From Eukaryota sp. GEM-RC1 (Eukaryota), in contig JAUFOQ010000003.1 in the NCBI GenBank assembly GCA_040285855.1, positions 1,364,001-1,428,000 on the forward strand: a DNA stretch of 64,000 nt. The letters are read 5' to 3'. A program made the position numbers and the translations under genes. Positions 58,371 through 64,000 of this stretch are shown piece by piece. Position 1 is the first letter of the stretch, and every line of letters begins with the position of its first letter. The notes under the pieces were generated by a model. That model was not told where the DNA came from, did not search any database, and saw only the letters and a program-made list of their open reading frames with translations.

Positions 58371-60349
58371 AAAAAACAATACGATTCAACCAAAATTTGA
58401 AATCAAATTTCTTGTTCATTCTTTTTTGACCACTTTCTCAAAATCAGAGAGAAAACAAAGAGCATCTCTACCAAGTCGACCATAAATTGAAATTGCAAAA
58501 GGACATAATTTGTACTCAACATGTCTAATATGTTTGAGAGCAGTCAATGGTTCATCATATGTGATTCTCTTGTATTGTTCTGAAGAATTCAGTGGAGAAA
58601 CTTCATTTTTAGCATACTTGAATGCACTTGTTTCGCAAACATCCACAGTAATCACATCAACAACCGTTAGTTAATCATTGACTGATGGAACTATGACATC
58701 AGCTCTTCTTTTACCAAAAGTCTTATCAGAATCACTATTTTTTAAATTATTGATTTCCAGTGATCTCAACAGTGGCTCAACAAAAGATTCGATTTTGTAG
58801 GACTTACACATGGCATGAATTTGATCTCTAACAGCATCATGAATACAAGTTCTATAAGTAATGAAACGATTACAACTCAAAAGGTGAGAAAAAGTAACCA
58901 ATTTACCACATTTACATTGAAGATCATTGGGTAAATTAGAGGGCCACATGAAACATCGAAGTCTGAATGTAGTAGTCCATTGATGATCATTCAACAACAA
59001 ACCATAAATCTGAGGAATTTGGTTAATCAAAGCAACTGAAGAACTGTCCTTCAAATCAATTAGAAAATTTGCGAAAGCTGGTTCTCAAAATCGGAGAGAA
59101 AACAAAGAGCATCTCTACCAAGTCGACCATAAATTGAAATTGCAAAAGGACATAATTTGTACTCAACATGTCTAATATGTTTGAAAGCAGTCAGTGGTTC
59201 ATCATATTTGTTTCTCTTGTATTGTTCTGAAGAATTCAGTGGAGAAACTTCATTTTTAGCATCCTTGAAAGCACTTTTTTTGCAAACATCCACAGTAATC
59301 ACATCAACAACGGTTAGTTCATCGTTGACTTATGGAACTATGACATCAGCTCTTCTTTTACCAAAAGTCTTATCAGAATCACTATTTTTTGAATTATTGA
59401 TTTCCAGTGACCTCAACAGTGGCTCAACGAAAGATTCGATTTTGTAGGACTTACACATGGCATGAATTTGATCTCTAACAGCATCATGAATACAAGTTCT
59501 ATAAGTAATGAAACGATTACAACTCAAAAGGTGAGAAAAAGTAACTAATTTACCACATTTACATTGAAGATCATTGGGTAAATTGGAGGGCCACAAGAAA
59601 CATCGAAGTCTGAATGTTGTAGTACATTGATGATCATTCAACAACAAACCATAAATCTGAGGAATTTGGTTAATCAAAGCAATTGAAGAACTGTCCTTCA
59701 AATCAATTAAAAATTTGCGAATGCTGGATTTTTTCTTTGGCCGAGCCAAGTCGAATTTTAAAATCCAGACATTCAAAATGTTTTAAAAGGTGTTTTTGGA
59801 GTTTCTTAAGAGCAAAATTTTAACGAGGTGACACATCGTTCTGGTATTTCACAAATATCTGCTGGAAAACAAATTTGCCAGAGGTCAGGTGAAATTAGCG
59901 ACAATTCTGATCTCAAATTTACCAAGACAAAACTACTTGTCGGAAAAAATGAAGATTTTCTTGACTTGGGTAACGTTTACAGAACTCAAAGACAAAATTC
60001 TTACCACCACCAATGAAAGCAGATTTGGTCCAGCATATAGACGAAGTGAAACCAATACCACCAAGATGAGGGTCTGGGAAGATGTGATTGTTCAAAGCAG
60101 CAGGATTAACTGATAAGTGAGAAGATGTTTATGGATCAAAAACACTAAAATAAAACCAAATACTAGAACTCAATGTCATTAAAGCAACAATCATTGCCAT
60201 TAAAACTCACATCAGCTTTTTCTTCATAAAAAACACTGAGAGCTAATAGAGCTTTTGAAATCATGATAGGAATTGTTTTAAATATTGTAAAAACAATACG
60301 ATTCAACCAAAATTTGAAATCAAATTTCTTGTTCATTCTTTTTGACCAC

Positions 60350-63300
60350 TTTCTCAAAATCGGAGAGAAAACAAAGAGCATCTCTACCAAGTCGACCATA
60401 AATTGAAATTGCAAAAGGACATAATTTGTACTCAACATGTCTAATATGTTTGAGAGCAGTCAGTGGTTCATCATATTTGTTTCTCTTGTATTGTTCTGAA
60501 GAATTCAGTGGAGAAACTTCATTTTTAGCATCCTTGAATGCACTTTTTTGCAAACATCCACAGTAATCACATCAACAACGGTTAGTTCATCATTGACTGA
60601 TGGAACTATAACATCAGCTCTTCTTTTACCAAAAGTCTTATCAAAATCACTATTTTTTAAATTATTGATTTCCAGTGATCTCAACAGTGGCTCAACAAAA
60701 GATTCGATTTTGTAGGACTTACACATGGCATGAATTTGATCTCTAACAGCATCATGAATACAAGTTCTATAAGTAATGAAACGATTACAACTCAAAAGGT
60801 GAGAAAAAAGTAACCAATTTACCACATTTACATTGAAGATCATTGGGTAAATTAGAGGGCCACAAGAAACATCGAAGTCTGAATGTTGTAGTCCATTGAT
60901 GATCATTCAACAACAAACCATAAATCTGAGGAATTTGGTTAATCAAAGCAACTGAAGAACTGTCCTTCAAATCGATTAAAAAATTTGCGAAAGCTGGTTC
61001 TCAAAATCAGAGAGAAAACAAAGAGCATCTCTACCAAGTCGACCATAAATTGAAATTGCAAAAGGACATAATTTGTACTCAACATGTCTAATATGTTTGA
61101 GAGCAGTCAATGGTTCATGATATTTGTTTCTCTTGTGCTGTTGTAGAATTCAGTGGAGAAACTTCATTTTTAGCATACTTGAATGCACTTTTTTTGCAAA
61201 CATCCACAGTAATCACATCAACAACGGTTAGTTCATCATTGACTGATGGAACTATAACATCAGCTCTTCTTTTACCAAAAGTCTTATCAAAATCACTATT
61301 TTTTAAATTATTGATTTCCAGTGATCTCAACAGTGGCTCAACAAAAGATTCGATTTTGTAGGACTTACACATGGCATGAATTTGATCTCTAACAGCATCA
61401 TGAATACAAGTTCTATAAGTAATGAAACGATTACAACTCAAAAGGTGAGAAAAAGTAACCAATTTACCACATTTACATTGAAGATCATTGGGTAAATTAG
61501 AGGGCCACAAGAAACATCGAAGTCTGAATGTAGTAGTCCATTGATGATCATTCAACAACAAACCATAAATCTGAGGAATTTGGTTAATCAAAGCAACTGA
61601 AGAACTGTCCTTCAAATCGATTAAAAAATTTGCGAAAGCTGGTTCTCAAAATCAGAGAGAAAACAAAGAGCATCTCTACCAAGTCGACCATAAATTGAAA
61701 TTGCAAAAGGACATAATTTGTACTCAACATGTCTAATATGTTTGAGAGCAGTCAATGGTTCATGATATTTGTTTCTCTTGTGCTGTTGTAGAATTCAGTG
61801 GAGAAACTTCATTTTTAGCATACTTGAATGCACTTTTTGCAAACATCCACAGTAATCACATCAACAACGGTTAGTTCATCATTGACTGATGGAACTATAA
61901 CATCAGCTCTTCTTTTACCAAAAGTCTTATCAAAATCACTATTTTTTAAATTATTGATTTCCAGTGATCTCAACAGTGGCTCAACAAAAGATTCGATTTT
62001 GTAGGACTTACACATGGCATGAATTTGATCTCTAACAGCATCATGAATACAAGTTCTATAAGTAATGAAACGATTACAACTCAAAAGGTGAGAAAAAGTA
62101 ACCAATTTACCACATTTACATTGAAGATCATTGGGTAAATTAGAGGGCCACAAGAAACATCGAAGTCTGAATGTAGTAGTCCATTGATGATCATTCAACA
62201 ACAAACCATAAATCTGAGGAATTTGGTTAATCAAAGCAACTGAAGAACTGTCCTTCAAATCAATTAGAAAATTTGCGAAAGCTGGTTCTCAAAATCAGAG
62301 AGAAAACAAAGAGCATCTCTACCAAGTCGACCATAAATTGAAATTGCAAAAGGACATAATTTGTACTCAACATGTCTAATATGTTTGAGAGCAGTCAATG
62401 GTTCATGATATTTGTTTCTCTTGTGCTGTTGTAGAATTCAGTGGAGAAACTTCATTTTTAGCATACTTGAATGCACTTTTTTTGCAAACATCCACAGTAA
62501 TCACATCAACAACGGTTAGTTCATCATTGACTGATGGAACTATAACATCAGCTCTTCTTTTACCAAAAGTCTTATCAAAATCACTATTTTTTAAATTATT
62601 GATTTCCAGTGATCTCAACAGTGGCTCAACAAAAGATTCGATTTTGTAGGACTTACACATGGCATGAATTTGATCTCTAACAGCATCATGAATACAAGTT
62701 CTATAAGTAATGAAACGATTACAACTCAAAAGGTGAGAAAAAGTAACCAATTTACCACATTTACATTGAAGATCATTGGGTAAATTAGAGGGCCACAAGA
62801 AACATCGAAGTCTGAATGTAGTAGTCCATTGATGATCATTCAACAACAAACCATAAATCTGAGGAATTTGGTTAATCAAAGCAACTGAAGAACTGTCCTT
62901 CAAATCAATTAGAAAATTTGCGAAAGCTGGTTCTCAAAATCAGAGAGAAAACAAAGAGCATCTCTACCAAGTCGACCATAAATTGAAATTGCAAAAGGAC
63001 ATAATTTGTACTCAACATGTCTAATATGTTTGAGAGCAGTCAATGGTTCATGATATTTGTTTCTCTTGTGCTGTTGTAGAATTCAGTGGAGAAACTTCAT
63101 TTTTAGCATACTTGAATGCACTTTTTTGCAAACATCCACAGTAATCACATCAACAACGGTTAGTTCATCATTGACTGATGGAACTATAACATCAGCTCTT
63201 CTTTTACCAAAAGTCTTATCAGAATCACTATTTTTTGAATTATTGATTTCCAGTGACCTCAACAGTGGCTCAACGAAAGATTCGATTTTGTAGGACTTAC

Positions 63301-64000
63301 ACATGGCATGAATTTGATCTCTAACAGCATCATGAATACAAGTTCTATAAGTAATGAAACGATTACAACTCAAAAGGTGAGAAAAAGTAACTAATTTACC
63401 ACATTTACATTGAAGATCATTGGGTAAATTAGAGGGCCACAAGAAACATCGAAGTCTGAATGTTGTAGTCCATTGATGATCATTCAACAACAAACCATAA
63501 ATCTGAGGAATTTGGTTAATCAAAGCAACTGAAGAACTGTCCTTCAAATCGATTAAAAAATTTGCGAAAGCTGGTTCTCAAAATCAGAGAGAAAACAAAG
63601 AGCATCTCTACCAAGTCGACCATAAATTGAAATTGCAAAAGGACATAATTTGTACTCAACATGTCTAATATGTTTGAGAGCAGTCAATGGTTCATGATAT
63701 TTGTTTCTCTTGTGCTGTTGTAGAATTCAGTGGAGAAACTTCATTTTTAGCATACTTGAATGCACTTTTTTGCAAACATCCACAGTAATCACATCAACAA
63801 CGGTTAGTTCATCATTGACTGATGGAACTATAACATCAGCTCTTCTTTTACCAAAAGTCTTATCAAAATCACTATTTTTTAAATTATTGATTTCCAGTGA
63901 TCTCAACAGTGGCTCAACAAAAGATTCGATTTTGTAGGACTTACACATGTCATGAATTTGATCTCTAACAGCATCATGAATACAAGTTCTATAAGTAATG
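60350..64000. repeat. ~644-bp tandem repeat derived from the subfamily A CCHC-RLE segment (at least 5.5 units)
   Basis: Junction GCGAAAGCTGG|TTCTCAAAATC at 60998, 61643, 62286, 62931 and 63575, and once at 59082. Confidence 0.95.

Larger units (their letters stand above)
47150..58685. repeat. ~5-kb block duplicated at a 6.52-kb period
   Basis: Matching ORFs at 48370/54893, 50761/57282 and 51894/58416 (offsets 6521-6523). Confidence 0.92.
37220..64000 (-). mobile_element. Array of truncated CRE-like RLE retrotransposon copies (mostly subfamily A, minus strand), running off the window end
   Basis: About 17 subfamily A RLE segments, 2 subfamily B copies and fragments of others; no host gene recognisable in ~27 kb. 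Confidence 0.95.

Overview
AT-rich eukaryotic genomic DNA from a very compact, intron-poor, probably flagellated protist (eukaryote-specific genes, a SPAG8/FAP143-like ciliary gene, tiny GT-AG introns). The left ~36 kb holds tightly packed genes: an RRP42-like exosome subunit, tRNA-Arg(ACG), a YEATS protein, an AMFR/gp78-like E3 ligase, RecQ, RAD51C, ALG14, NAGK, a CaaX-ending 21-aa-repeat protein and orphans. These are interleaved with debris of CRE-like RLE non-LTR retrotransposons and TIR/hAT DNA transposons. The right ~27 kb is an almost pure, mostly co-oriented array of retrotransposon fragments amplified at ~1.37 kb, ~4.04 kb, ~6.52 kb and ~644 bp periods. Highlights: (1) a Schlafen/AlbA_2 nuclease domain fused to a Spindle-E/TDRD9-like DEAH RNA helicase; (2) a decayed Fanzor1 RNA-guided nuclease spread over several frames, with a candidate omega-RNA hairpin region; (3) the polarised retrotransposon array; (4) ~28-31 nt introns with GTTT donors. 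Many frameshifts sit in homopolymers and may be assembly errors. All family calls are motif recognition by eye; no searches were run, and element boundaries are approximate.
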